The translations under genes were made by a program, and so were the position numbers. Shown here one piece after another: positions 28,002 to 39,208 of a DNA stretch of 64,000 nt (within the stretch, counting starts at the first letter, position 1; every line of letters starts with the position of its first letter). The notes below the pieces were generated by a model, which was given only the letters and a program-made list of their open reading frames with translations, made no database searches and had not been told where the DNA came from. Origin of the DNA: Guillardia theta CCMP2712 (taxonomy: Eukaryota > Protista > Cryptophyta); NCBI RefSeq assembly GCF_000315625.1, contig NW_005434503.1, positions 36,175 to 100,174 of the forward strand. Direction: 5' to 3'.

Positions 28002-29456
28002 ATAATCGTGGTCCTGCTCCTCCTGCTCTTCCTGCTCCTCTTGCTCGTCTTCCTCCTCTAATTGTTCGGGTAGACTCAACGAGGTAATTGTCGACGGGGA
28101 CAAAGTCAAAGTCTTTGCCTACAGTGAGAGAGTAAGTGCCTGCCTCCCTCTCCCCAGTCGCTCTCCTCCTGCTCCTCCTGCTCCTCCTGCTCCTCCTGCT
28201 CCTCCTGCTCCTCCTGCTCCTCCTGCTCCTCCTCTCCTCGCCCCAAACCCACTTCCCTCCTCCTGTTCTTTCCAATATCTCTCCGTCCTTTCTCCCACTC
28301 CCCCATTTCCTTACCCTCTTTACGATCGGCTCTTTTCATTTTCGATTGCATCTTTCCCTGCGCGGTCTTTTCCTCTCAAACTCTCTCTTCCCCGTCCATC
28401 CTCTTGCTCCTTGTCAACATTCCTGCTCCTNNNNNNNNNNNNNNNNNNNNNNNNNNNNNNNNNNNNNNNNNNNNNNNNNNNNNNNNNNNNNNNNNNNNNN
28501 NNNNNNNNNNNNNNNNNNNNNNNNNNNNNNAACCCCCACCCCCTCCCTCCCTCCTCCCTCCCTCCCTCCTCCCTTCATATTCACTGCTTCATTTTGACAC
28601 CTTCTCGCATGTTCATTTCTGGTTCCCAGGTCATCATCGCCGATCCATCCAAACTCGAAGAACAAGTGCTTGCTGCTTGTGCCGCTGCTGCTGCTGCCTC
28701 CGTTACCTGATCAGATTTTCATCTTTCTTCTTGATCCTCTTTCATCCTTCTCCGTATTCCTTTCCCCTCATTTGTCTTCCAGGTCATGCATGGTCAACTG
28801 GTGATCATCGCAGGTAGCTCCTCCTCCCCTTCCTCCTCCCCTTCCTCCTCTCCCTCCTCTTTATCCTTCTCCTCCTTGTCCTCGTCCTCCTTCTATCCTC
28901 TATGCCCTCTGGTATCTCTTCTTCCTCTCCTCCTCCGCCCCTCTCCCCATTCTTCCCGCAGAGTCATTCTCCCTGTGCAGGCAGCAAAGATCGGTCGATG
29001 CTGTATGGCATCTCCAAGACTGGAGGAGCTCCCCTTCCTCCTTCTCAGCTCCAGCGATGCTGCGAGATGGCGATCGATAGAGCAGCGGAGCTTCACGAAG
29101 TGAGCCTGAGAAGGGGAGGAGAGGACGACCAAGTGCGAGGGAGAGAGGGCGGGGAAGGGGAAGAGGGAGGGAGTACGAAAGAGTATGAGGGAGGAGTGGG
29201 GCTGAGGAGGGAGGATAAGAGAGGAGGGAGGAAGAGGGAGGATAGAACTTATACCTTGTTACAGGTTTGCAAAGAAGCGCTAAGGAAGAACGAGGAGAAA
29301 ACCAAGAAGAGAGATATGGACGCTTTGAGAAAGATCAAGCGAGCGGACGTGGAGGAGGTGGAAGTGGAGGAGGAAGGAGAGAGCAAGGAGAAAGAGGAAA
29401 AGGGAGAGGAGGGAGAGGCGGAGAAAGAGGCGAAAAAACTCAAGACTGAAACCTAG
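26964..29456 (+). CDS. EXOSC9: Exosome complex component RRP45 (RNase PH-like), multi-exon
   Basis: RVDGRRLLDHRRVRI...VEVQLGT|TRV, PPAERPAEG, SRCVDVESLCVIAGKAVWKV, NGGNVTDCCSLAAVLSLNHFK, IIADPSKLEE and ISKTGG. Confidence 0.9.
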
Positions 29457-29716
29457 ATCAAGGGTGGAAGATAGTCAAAGGGGCCAGACAAGTGATGAAA
29501 GCTGTTCACAAGCCAGAGGATTGAAAGCGAGAGTTGAAGAGAACACATCAGAGGAGGAGGGGAGAAAGAAAGAGGAAGACGGGGAGGACGGAAAGAAAGG
29601 ATTGGAGGGATGTATCTACATTAATAAACAAGATTGGGGGGCAACGGCCAAACTATCTCTGAATCCAAAGGAGAACCTGCAGACAAGTCAAACTATCACC
29701 AAGAGCATGAAACAAG

Positions 29717-30824
29717 TCAACCAAGACATCTCATCGGCGTATAGTAGAGGTCAAAGTATTCCTGCAAGCACAACGAACTTGTCAACGTTTGGCAGCGAGA
29801 TCGAGTCGATGAGCATACCTCGAGACTCATGACGTCTGGGCTGGCACACAGGCCAAGGATCTCTTTCACGGATGGTATGAGCTCAGGATATTTCCGCTGC
29901 AGCAAAAGATCAAACGTCAGCAAGCAAGAATGCAAAAGAACAACTTGACTTCTCTACCTGCATGTTGCTCATTGCTTCTTGGTACTCCTTGTCGTCCAAC
30001 GTCTTCAGCTGCCGCAAGCTGTGAGGGGCTGAAGACTTTAGACGGCAATATCTTGCATTCCTCACATTCTTTCCGATCTTCTGCAAGTTGATCGACATCT
30101 CTGGAATGAGATTGATAACACCTTCCTGGTTTGAAAACACTTCACCTCATTCCTGAACAAAAACACCATGTGCTCTCACCCTGTCTAAGTGCGCTGGGTC
30201 AGCCTTCGGCTGGTTGATGGAGCAGGATGAGTACATAGGAAACATCCTTCCCGGTCTGTTTGCATGTCAGGAGGCAACAGCTTCGCAGCATAGCAAGCAT
30301 ACGTGTCTTGGATGGACGAAAACATATGAAAAGAAATCCCCTGCCCCTTCACTCCGTTGTCAGGTTCTTGGAGGCTCCTGAGCGTTCCCACGATGAGCCG
30401 TTGAGGCCCTTCAAGAGTCTGCAACAATGAGATGGACGAGTGAAAGTGAGAAGACAGAGGCGGGAAGGAATGACATGCGTACCAGCAGGCAGCAAGCATT
30501 CAACAGGATTGTTATCCCTGTTGTAAATCCTCCCTGCTCGTCCTGAGCAACAGTCTTCTTCACACAGTCGTCTATCTGCTCCTTGATCGCTTCCCCCGCC
30601 TCGATGCTCCCGCTGTATCTCATTCCAACAACAACTCTATGAATCTTCTCTACAAGCTCCAACTGTTCGGCCTTCTCCATGACAACATCGAGGAGGGATT
30701 TCCGTTCTACGTTGAAGGATTCCATGTCCAAACTATCCTCCTTGACAAGTCCTGCTCCGCCTGCTCCCGGTGCTGCCTGTGTCGCCCCTGCCGCCATGGC
30801 TCCATCCTCTTCTCGCGCTGCCAT
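29717..30824 (-). CDS. TEX47/C7orf62-like (BLUF-like fold) protein, multi-exon
   Basis: RKSLLDVV...IHRVV...TGITILL...LEGPQ pattern and a C-terminal SLEEYFDLY resemble the TEX47 family; recognised from memory only. Confidence 0.55.
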
Positions 30825-31288
30825 GGTGAAACAACGGCTGTGAGGTCGACTGGCGTTCAGAAAAGAACCTTGTTATTAGTGGTCGATATACACGGGTAGT
30901 CATAACCTGTGTGAGGAGGGGTGGGGGTGGTACATCTGCTGGAGTATGGGGTACTAATACAGGAAATTAGAGGGGTACACCCTGAAATTCATTGGTGGGT
31001 GGTTGAGGTCAGGGTGGGAGAGGTTCATGATAGGAGGTGGGGTCATTAACCCACGGTACCTTTTCTGTGACTGAGCAGTATGGAAAGTACCGGTACATAT
31101 AGACAATGCTCATCAGACATACCATGGGGTGGTACAATCGGATAATGATAAGGTGGGGTGACTGAGTTGCGTCGAAGTAGGGGTGCTACAGGGTCAGGTT
31201 CGTGGGGTATCAATAGTACGGGTAGTACTTACCACCCCGCCGCTTTCCTGTAAGAACCCACCTGGTAGGGATCCAGAGCGCAACAAGG

Positions 31289-32734
31289 ATGGCGGAAGGG
31301 GAGGAATGGGTCAGGCCGCATGCGGACGATGAAGAAGCCGCGGGAGGAGGAGGAGGAGGAAGGAGAAGCAAGACGGATATGGAGGAAGGGCAAGGCGACA
31401 CGGTCCTCATGCACAGCGAAGGTGGTGAGGGGAAGCAGATGTGCATGCGGTGGGCCGTTTTCGGAGCTTTGATTCTTTGCGTTTCGCTCAGTCCAGAAAT
31501 CATCGTGCTCCCCGAAGCAAAGATCCGCTACTTCGGCAATGCGACGCTGGCAACAGAGTACAGCAGCTACATAGATGCAAGCTCAAACTTCCTCGGCGTT
31601 CTCACTGCTCCTGTGCTGGGCAGACTTTCAGACACGCTCGGGAGAAAGCCTCTCTTTATCTTTGCCTGCATGGTGATCACAGCGCCAAGTGTCTGCCTCC
31701 TCCTTTCCCCTGTCAACCTGCTTCCTTACCTCGTCTGCACTGTATTGCGCGGGTTTGCAGGAGGGCCCAACGGGATCTTTCCCTTGATCACTGCGTACCT
31801 AGCGGATCTGTACCCGGCGGAGGTTCGATCCAAGTACTTTGGCTGGTCCTTTGCCATATTCTCCGTGGGGTTTATTCTTTCTCCTCTCATCACGCTGTTT
31901 GATCGAGGTGCCTCCAACGAGACCGTCTTCAAGGTTTCTGTTGCCTTCAACCTCCTCTCCGTTCTCCTCGCATTCGCCCTCCCGGAGTCTCTGGCCCGAA
32001 ACAGCCGCGTGCCCATGAAGGGAGGGTGGCGGAACGTGCTGCCATTTCGTGCTCTCAACAAGCTGTTTCACTGCAAGATCACGCTGGTGCTGGCTTGCAT
32101 CTCCTTCTTCTTCACGGTCTGCGAAAACGGGATAGAGACGACCATCTTCTACTTTCTCAACGACAGGCTCGGCTTCATGGAGAAGGACAACGCTCGCCTG
32201 TTCCTCATCCTCGGAGTCAGCAGCCTCTTCGTGCAATCGATCGCCCTGCCCATCCTCCTCAAGTTTGCCTCTGACTCTTCGGTTCTCCGCATCGGGCTCG
32301 TCTCCTACATCTTCCACCTCCTCCTCTTCGCCTGGTCGACGTCAAAGTGGATGGTTGACGCCAACATGCTGCTTGCTGGCTTCACCTTCCTCACCTTCCC
32401 TGCCATCAACGGGCTCATGTCCTCTGTCCTCTCCGGCAAGGACCAGGGCGTCGGCTTCGGGACCCTCGCGTCTGTGCGAGGCATCGCCGCTGCCCTCGGC
32501 CCCCTCATGTTCGGAACAGTGTACGCTGCTCTAGGCAACGAGCGGGTCAGATTTCCCGAAGGAGTCTTCTACTTCGGCTCCTCCTTCGTGCTCCTTGCCC
32601 TCCTCTTGTCTTGCTGCTGGCTGCCAGGCGCTCTGCTGGCTCCTGCGGTGGAGGAAGCCACGGAGCGCACTGCTCCTTTGCTCCTCCACCTGGAGAGCTC
32701 TTCGATGGATTGTGTGGACGATAGTGAAGGTTGA
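31289..32734 (+). CDS. MFS transporter (TetA/HIAT1-MFSD14-like), intronless
   Basis: Motif A GRLSDTLGRKP, AYLADL, LPESL, QGVGFG...GPLMFG; ~12 TM segments. Confidence 0.92.
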   Translation: MAEGEEWVRPHADDEEAAGGGGGGRRSKTDMEEGQGDTVLMHSEGGEGKQMCMRWAVFGALILCVSLSPEIIVLPEAKIRYFGNATLATEYSSYIDASSNFLGVLTAPVLGRLSDTLGRKPLFIFACMVITAPSVCLLLSPVNLLPYLVCTVLRGFAGGPNGIFPLITAYLADLYPAEVRSKYFGWSFAIFSVGFILSPLITLFDRGASNETVFKVSVAFNLLSVLLAFALPESLARNSRVPMKGGWRNVLPFRALNKLFHCKITLVLACISFFFTVCENGIETTIFYFLNDRLGFMEKDNARLFLILGVSSLFVQSIALPILLKFASDSSVLRIGLVSYIFHLLLFAWSTSKWMVDANMLLAGFTFLTFPAINGLMSSVLSGKDQGVGFGTLASVRGIAAALGPLMFGTVYAALGNERVRFPEGVFYFGSSFVLLALLLSCCWLPGALLAPAVEEATERTAPLLLHLESSSMDCVDDSEG

Positions 32735-33575
32735 AAGATGCGCAAGGACGTTAGCTGGACATTGTTCTTGTAAATGACGAATGAATCTTGTTTCTGTACA
32801 TCTGGGATCGCTGCAGTATGTACATAAGACAAGTTGTTCTTAGAAATCTCTGTTTGCAAAAGACAACCTGTTCACATGATTGCATGATCGGTTCTCATGT
32901 GCTCATGCGCAAACTCGCGCATGTCTGACGAAGAATCGACTCCTGATTTCATGACTGGACGCATTCTCGTTGTTGTTTCCGAGGGGTGGGGGGTCTAATT
33001 GGACGGGTACTTGAAGAAGAATTCCTTTTTAAAGGGGTAGAGGGAAGTGAGCAGCTATGTTTTTACAGAGAGAGTGTAGGGTGGGTGTAACAGATAGGGG
33101 TAGGGGTACACAAGAATATGTTGATGGGGTGCAAAGACCAACACGCGAAAATGAGAGTGGCGGAACATGATTGTGAGGGAGGGAGGAGGGAGGGAGGAGA
33201 GAGGGAGAAAAGAGGGAGGAGGGAGGGAGAGGAGAGAGGGAGGAGAGAGGGAGGAGCGAGGGAGGAAGAGCATGTATAGGCAGGTTCGTGATCTGATGAG
33301 AGGAGAAGCAATAGGGCAGGAACACAAGGGAAACATAGAAGAACACAGACAAAAAGAAGAGGTAGGCGGGCAGCAGACCTCTGACCTGCTTCTATCGCTC
33401 AGCCTAGCCCCTCTCCCTCCCTCTCTTCTTCCCTCCGCTCCTTTCCCCTTCGCTCCCATTCCCTCCGCTCCCCACCTTCCCCTTCCCACCCCTCTCTCTC
33501 CTGTCGTCATGTAGAATTTGCTTTCTACTGGATGTAATCTGAGGATGACCTTCTTGCAGACACTTCACTCGAACC

Positions 33576-36423
33576 ATGGAGACTGTGGATCTCACCGACG
33601 ACGCGGATGTCATGGTAGCAGAGGAAGCGTCGGGTTCATCGACGGCCAGCAAGATTCAGATGCTGCAAGAGATCCTGAAGCACAAGAGGCGCGAGAAGAG
33701 AGAGGCAGAGCGGAAGTTTCGGAGTCTCAAGGAGGAGGTGGAGGACCTGGAGGGGCAACTCCAGAAGCTGGTTGACAAGGAGAGGATGGATGAGATGGAG
33801 AGGAATCGACCCGATTGGTCCAAGGACTTCGAGTGGAGTGGGGAGACGAGGAGCGTGCTGAGAGACGTCTTCAGGCTGTCTTCCTTCCGGCCTCTGCAAG
33901 AAGAAATCATCAATGCAACGCTCTCTAACAAGGATACCCTCGTGCTCCTGCCTACAGGGGGAGGGAAGTCGCTGGTTTACATGCTCCCAGCAGTGATGAG
34001 GAAGGGCCTGACACTGGTTGTCTCTCCTCTGATCTCTCTCATGCATGACCAGGTCTCCCTTCTCCGTCTCCTCGCTCCTCTCAATCTGTTTGTCAATCCC
34101 TGCCCACCCGCCCACCTGCTTTCCTGTCCCCTCTACGCTCCTCACGAACATCTCAGGTCAGCCAACTACGTCAACTGGGAATCCGTGCTGCTCTCTTGTG
34201 CTCGGCATCGGACAAGATGGAGACGAAGCAGATCCATGACGAGATTGCGTGCGAGGGCTCATCCCTGAAGCTCTTGTACGTCACCCCTGAGAGGGTAGCC
34301 AAGAGCAAGACGCTCCTGTCCAAGCTGGAGAAGTGCTGGAAGATGTCGCTGCTGCAGCGGGTGGTGATCGACGAGGCGCACTGCATCTCCCAGTGGGGTC
34401 ATGACTTCCGCGGCGACTACACCAAGCTCGGCATCTTCAAACTTCAGTACCCCGACGTTCCGGTCATGGCACTGACGGCGACGGCTACCTCCAAAGTGCA
34501 GGAGGACATCAAGGATTCGCTCCAGATCTCCTTCTGCGAGACTTTCCGGGCTTCTGTTGATCGTGCCAACCTGCAGTTCGAGGTGAAGGAGAAGGCAAGC
34601 AACCAGGCTGCCTCCATGCAGCAGGTGGCGGAAGAGATCCTTAGCAGGTTCACCAACATGCCCGGCATTGTCTACTGGTCAACACCCTCATGCTCTGCTT
34701 GTCTGTCTGACGGCCAACCAGTTTCTCCAAGAAGGAGGCCGAGCAGTTGGCACAATACTTGCAGGTCCTTCAACCCCCGCCTCACACTCCCTCCTCTCCC
34801 ACTCAGCATGTGCCCAGCTGATGGAGGTTGACACAGGAGCAAGGCATTCGAGCCAGGTTTTACCATGCAGATCTAGGTGTACAGATGCGATCTTTGTGTA
34901 GCATGCGCAAGTGACGTGAAATGTAGAGATGTATGGAGACGCACAGGCTGGTACTTGTGGGCGTGTAGACGTGTATGAAGATTGGAGTAGCGGGAGGATC
35001 CAGGTGATTCAACCATCCACCCTCTTGCCCTCTTGGGTGGCATCCCGCCTCCTCACCGCCGCTCTCTTGCTCTCGTCTCATCGTTCGTGTGTCTTTGTGC
35101 AGGTAGTGGTTGCAACAATAGCCTTCGGAATGGGCATCAACAAGCTCGACACAAGATTCGTGATCCACCATACAAGTACTCCACCCAGCTCCCAGCTGCT
35201 TTCCAGCTGGCCTTTCAAGCACAAGACGCTGACATGCTGGCAGTGTCGAAGAGTCTCTCTGCCTACTACCAAGAGGTCAAGTCGCATGCTCGCGTCGCCC
35301 GAGGCTGATGCGCTGCAGGCGGGCAGAGCTGGGAGGGACGGAAAGCCTGCCACCTGTCTTGTGCTGTACCGACCAAGTGAGAAGCAGAGGAGGAGGAAGA
35401 GGGAGAGGATCCCGGCGAGGGCGAGGGACGGGAAGGGGCCGGAGGGATGCGAGGAGAGGACCTGAGATGAGGACGGCAGGTGATGTGATCCGACAGTCAA
35501 CCCTCGCGATGGGCAGCCAACTGAACAAGTGACGCATGTCTTGTCTTCCTCCGCGTACTTACCTCGATCCCAGCGCTGTTGACGGCGTCTACGGCATGGT
35601 GCGGTACTGCGAGTCGCTGATGGAGTTGGAGGAGGGGCAGTCTATGCACCTGCTGGGACGGGAGAAACTGGCTGAGAGCTTCGGAGAGCAGCTCAGTCTA
35701 CGTCCTCCGCAAGAGCAGCAGCAGCAGCAGCGGCTCGGGGAGAAGACAGACTTCACCGATCAGGCGAGAATCTGCTTGAACCTCGTCATCCAGTTGAAGA
35801 GCATGGACAAGCAAGTCACGCTCCTTCAGCTTGTGGACCTGTGGAAAGGACAAGGTGTGAACTACAGCTGTTGTCTTGCGCAGTCACCAGGGGCTCGGAG
35901 CAGGAAGGAAGGAGAGCTGGAGGCTTCCTCCCGACACCTGCCCCAAGGACATGAGCAAGACAGCGTGCGAGCGGGTCCTCGTTTGGATGCTGCTGGAGGT
36001 GAGCCAGAGGGAGGGAGGCTGTGGGCAAGGGGAGGTCGCTCGGGAGGATGTGAGGGGTGGGTGTTGGTTCGGAGGGAGAGAGCAGGGCCTGTGTGCAGGA
36101 GCTGAAGTCACTGACGGCAGGGAGTGCTGAAACAGCAGTTCTCCTTCACTGCGTACGCTGTCAACAGCTATCTAGTGCCAGGACCCAAGGCCAACGGTCT
36201 GCTCCATGGAGGAGAAAGGTTCTCGATCGGAGGCCATCTGGTGAGCAAGGGAGGAGGACGAGAGGCTGGCGGGCCCCGGTCGGAGACCAGAGGCCGGAAG
36301 AGCAAAGCTGGCATGTCTGGTGGGCAGGGGATGGACGAGGGCCGCGATGGTGCAGACTCAGATGATGAGTTCGTCAAGAAGAAGAAGAAGCCTCGGAAGA
36401 AGACTGTCAGTGACTCACTCTGA
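33576..36423 (+). CDS. RECQL: RecQ helicase, RECQ1-like, multi-exon
   Basis: DFEWS, FRPLQ, PTGGGKS, YVTPERVAKSK, DEAHCISQWGHDFR, ALTATAT, VATIAFGMGINK and GRAGRDG. Confidence 0.92.
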
Positions 36424-36564
36424 CTGCCCGGGTGAGTTTTCAGGTCCGAGTCAGTGTACGGTCACGGCGCGGCGGGCAGCGCGCGGCCCGGCCCCGGTTG
36501 ACTCCGAGTGGCCGAGCGGCGGCGGCACGGCTGGTGCAGTACTGCGATAGCCGAAACGTGACTG

Positions 36565-36620
36565 CTCTCCGCCTGATTGTCCTCGTACTGAATTTTAACT
36601 TAACTTTGAGTAAAAGAGGT
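36565..36620 (+). repeat. Dispersed ~55-bp repeat, best-preserved copy
   Basis: CTCTCCGCCTGATTGTCCTCGTACTGAATTTTAACTTAACTTTGAGTAAAAGAGGT. Confidence 0.75.
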
Positions 36621-38039
36621 ACTGGGGGCGGAGGAACACAGGTCGTCGGCTCGGTCCGCAGAGTCTGATTGCCCCCCATCCCCCCTCATCTCCGTTCCGA
36701 CGACTCACCAAAAAGGCTGCGGAGCCTCGGAGTTTTCGGGACAAGTTGGGGTGGTAGAAGGCTTTTAAAGTGGGGTAGGGGTGGTTTGAGATTCGACCTC
36801 TTGCGCGGAAGATACCAAAAATAATTGTTTGGGTTGCAAGCTGTAAGACTCGGCGGTCAGCTCCGTATCTTTACCAGCCCTCCTGTCAGCGCTCATTTAC
36901 ATATATTTAGCCGATTGAAATCTCAACGATCCATCTCCAATCCGTGCGCCTCCTTTAATAAGTCATCTCCTGGCACCTCTCACCGTAACAGAGAGATATG
37001 CCTCAGGGTAGGGTACAAGTATGTGAATTCGAGGGTAGGGGTACTTCTTGTTCTTGTACGTAGAGCTTTTATGACTCCTTCGATCACGATCGGGCCAAGC
37101 GGCGCTAGGTATTAGAAAAGGAAAGGACGAACAAATGGACCAGGATCAGGATAGGCGAAGATAACCTAATGCTTCAATTGAAGAAAATAGGTGGTAGGGG
37201 CATGTTTGCCCTACAATCCAAACATGTCAAGAGGTTGAATTGCCTCCTTGGTCTCGGGGACATCAGCAACTGTCATCAGAAATCTCGAGAACAGCGCAGG
37301 TGCACATGGGAGCAACTCGACAGGGGGCTGAGATCCTGAAAGCGCTACCTATCATACTTTACTACTGGGGGGGCTCCGACCTTTTGAGACGTAGGAACAA
37401 TGTATCTGGTGATACAAATGAATTGTCACGGTACCTAGAAGCAGGGTCGGTGGTCTTAAATATGATAAGCGACACGCGCTCTCAATGCATTTGTACTGGA
37501 AGGGGACAAGATTTCTATTTAAGGCCACATTCACGGGAGAGCTGTTGAAACGCTATGAGTTTACACTTTCTCATTACCACACACTTCCGACCCCAAGTCC
37601 TGGCCCAGACTCCACCCGACCCCTTGTTATTTCTACCTACCCCTTGAAGTCCTACCAGTACCCCTCATGTTCACAATGTACCCCTTCAACGACCACATAT
37701 TTGATGGAAATGTTGGGGTGTTTTTATTGACCTCTTCACCGCATGGCCTACCCTACCCTCCTAGCAGACAGCAAAGATGACCCCTACCCCCAATGCAGGT
37801 TCCCCCTCCCCCGCCCTCTTCACCTCCCCCCCAATATAAACTCGACGGGGAGCAGAACAGACAACAGTCAAAGTGCATCTTTAGTTTCATCTGCTTCCTC
37901 TGCTTCCCCTGCTTCCTCTGCCACCCCTCAGATCTCTGCGAACGAACCTTCACTCCTCCTCGTCTACTCTCTTGACCTTTCACCTCTTTCCGGTCTCACC
38001 TCTATCAGTCTTTCAACAAGCTACCCTTCTCCATAGATC

Positions 38040-38651
38040 ATGCACGACAACAGTTTTGCTAGAGTGTTTCCCAGGCGCAAGAGAGGAGAGCCGGGATGTT
38101 ACAGCAAGGGAAGAGACGGCATCCGCTTGGGCTACGAAGACATCACTGGACTCTTTCACATGCGCCAGACTGAAGCGGCCAAGTACCTTGGCATCTCCCT
38201 TACAACCATGAAGAGCGTTTGTCGCCGCGTTGGAATCACAAGATGGCCTTATTCAAGGCAAAGGGACAGGGCGGGCTCTCCTTGCAGCACAGACTCGGCA
38301 TCATCTGATGAGGCACATCATGCACACGAGGCTCCATCGCACGACTGTTCCTTCCCTAGCGTACAGCATGTGAGTAGCAAGGACGAATCATCACATCAGA
38401 TGGCCCTGCACTGCCAGAAGATCGAGACAGGGTCAGAGTACCTTCGCCTCCTGATGGCGGCAGCAGCTCATGACGGCGACTTCATTCCCAAGGTGGAGGA
38501 GAAGCAAGCGCTGCAGGGAAGCATGGTTTCTCGCGTGGTGCTGGACGACTCGGTGCACATGTCTGCTTTCGATGAGACCAACACTTCTCTCTTCGACGAG
38601 GCACTGCAGCATGTGCAGAGCACGTTTACCGGACGCTTTGCCTGCTACTGA
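38040..38651 (+). CDS. RWP-RK transcription factor, intronless
   Basis: LGYEDITGLFHMRQTEAAKYLGISLTTMKSVCRRVGITRWPYSR. Confidence 0.9.
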   Translation: MHDNSFARVFPRRKRGEPGCYSKGRDGIRLGYEDITGLFHMRQTEAAKYLGISLTTMKSVCRRVGITRWPYSRQRDRAGSPCSTDSASSDEAHHAHEAPSHDCSFPSVQHVSSKDESSHQMALHCQKIETGSEYLRLLMAAAAHDGDFIPKVEEKQALQGSMVSRVVLDDSVHMSAFDETNTSLFDEALQHVQSTFTGRFACY

Positions 38652-39208
38652 TTGAAATGACTGTAATCATACTCACATGTAAAGAATAAATCTGAATGAA
38701 CATCATGAATTTCATTTCATCTCTAAGGGAGGTCTTGGTGTTCTCAACGCACTTCTCTGTCGTTCTCACTTAAGTTGGTTGGTGTTGTAGGTAATGCTGT
38801 GACCCTCGCGTGAAGATTGTTATGTGGAAGTCTTATCCTTATTTCAAGGGTTGCTTGTTGTGTGCGATTTCGACTGTGTTACTTTTTTGAGAGAGGAGCG
38901 AGTTATCAGAAGACGGGAACTTTCGAAAATAGTGAGAGCGAAGCGGAGAGGTCCGAGAATGGGGATCCAAAGGAGCTGGAGGAAGTCAGAAATCCAGGAC
39001 CCAGTCAAACAAGGCGCTCGACGGAATGCCAGAAGATGATGATGAAACTGCGAAGAGAACCAACGGCAGGCAGGCCACATCGAAAGGAAGTGGAGTTGTT
39101 CCAACCCTGCAGTTCGAGCTGTTCTGACGTCATTTTGATCCTTGATTTACTGTACAATAGAAACTTGAATCATGAGATTAAATCTCGTTAACAAATCCAC
39201 GCGTCCGG

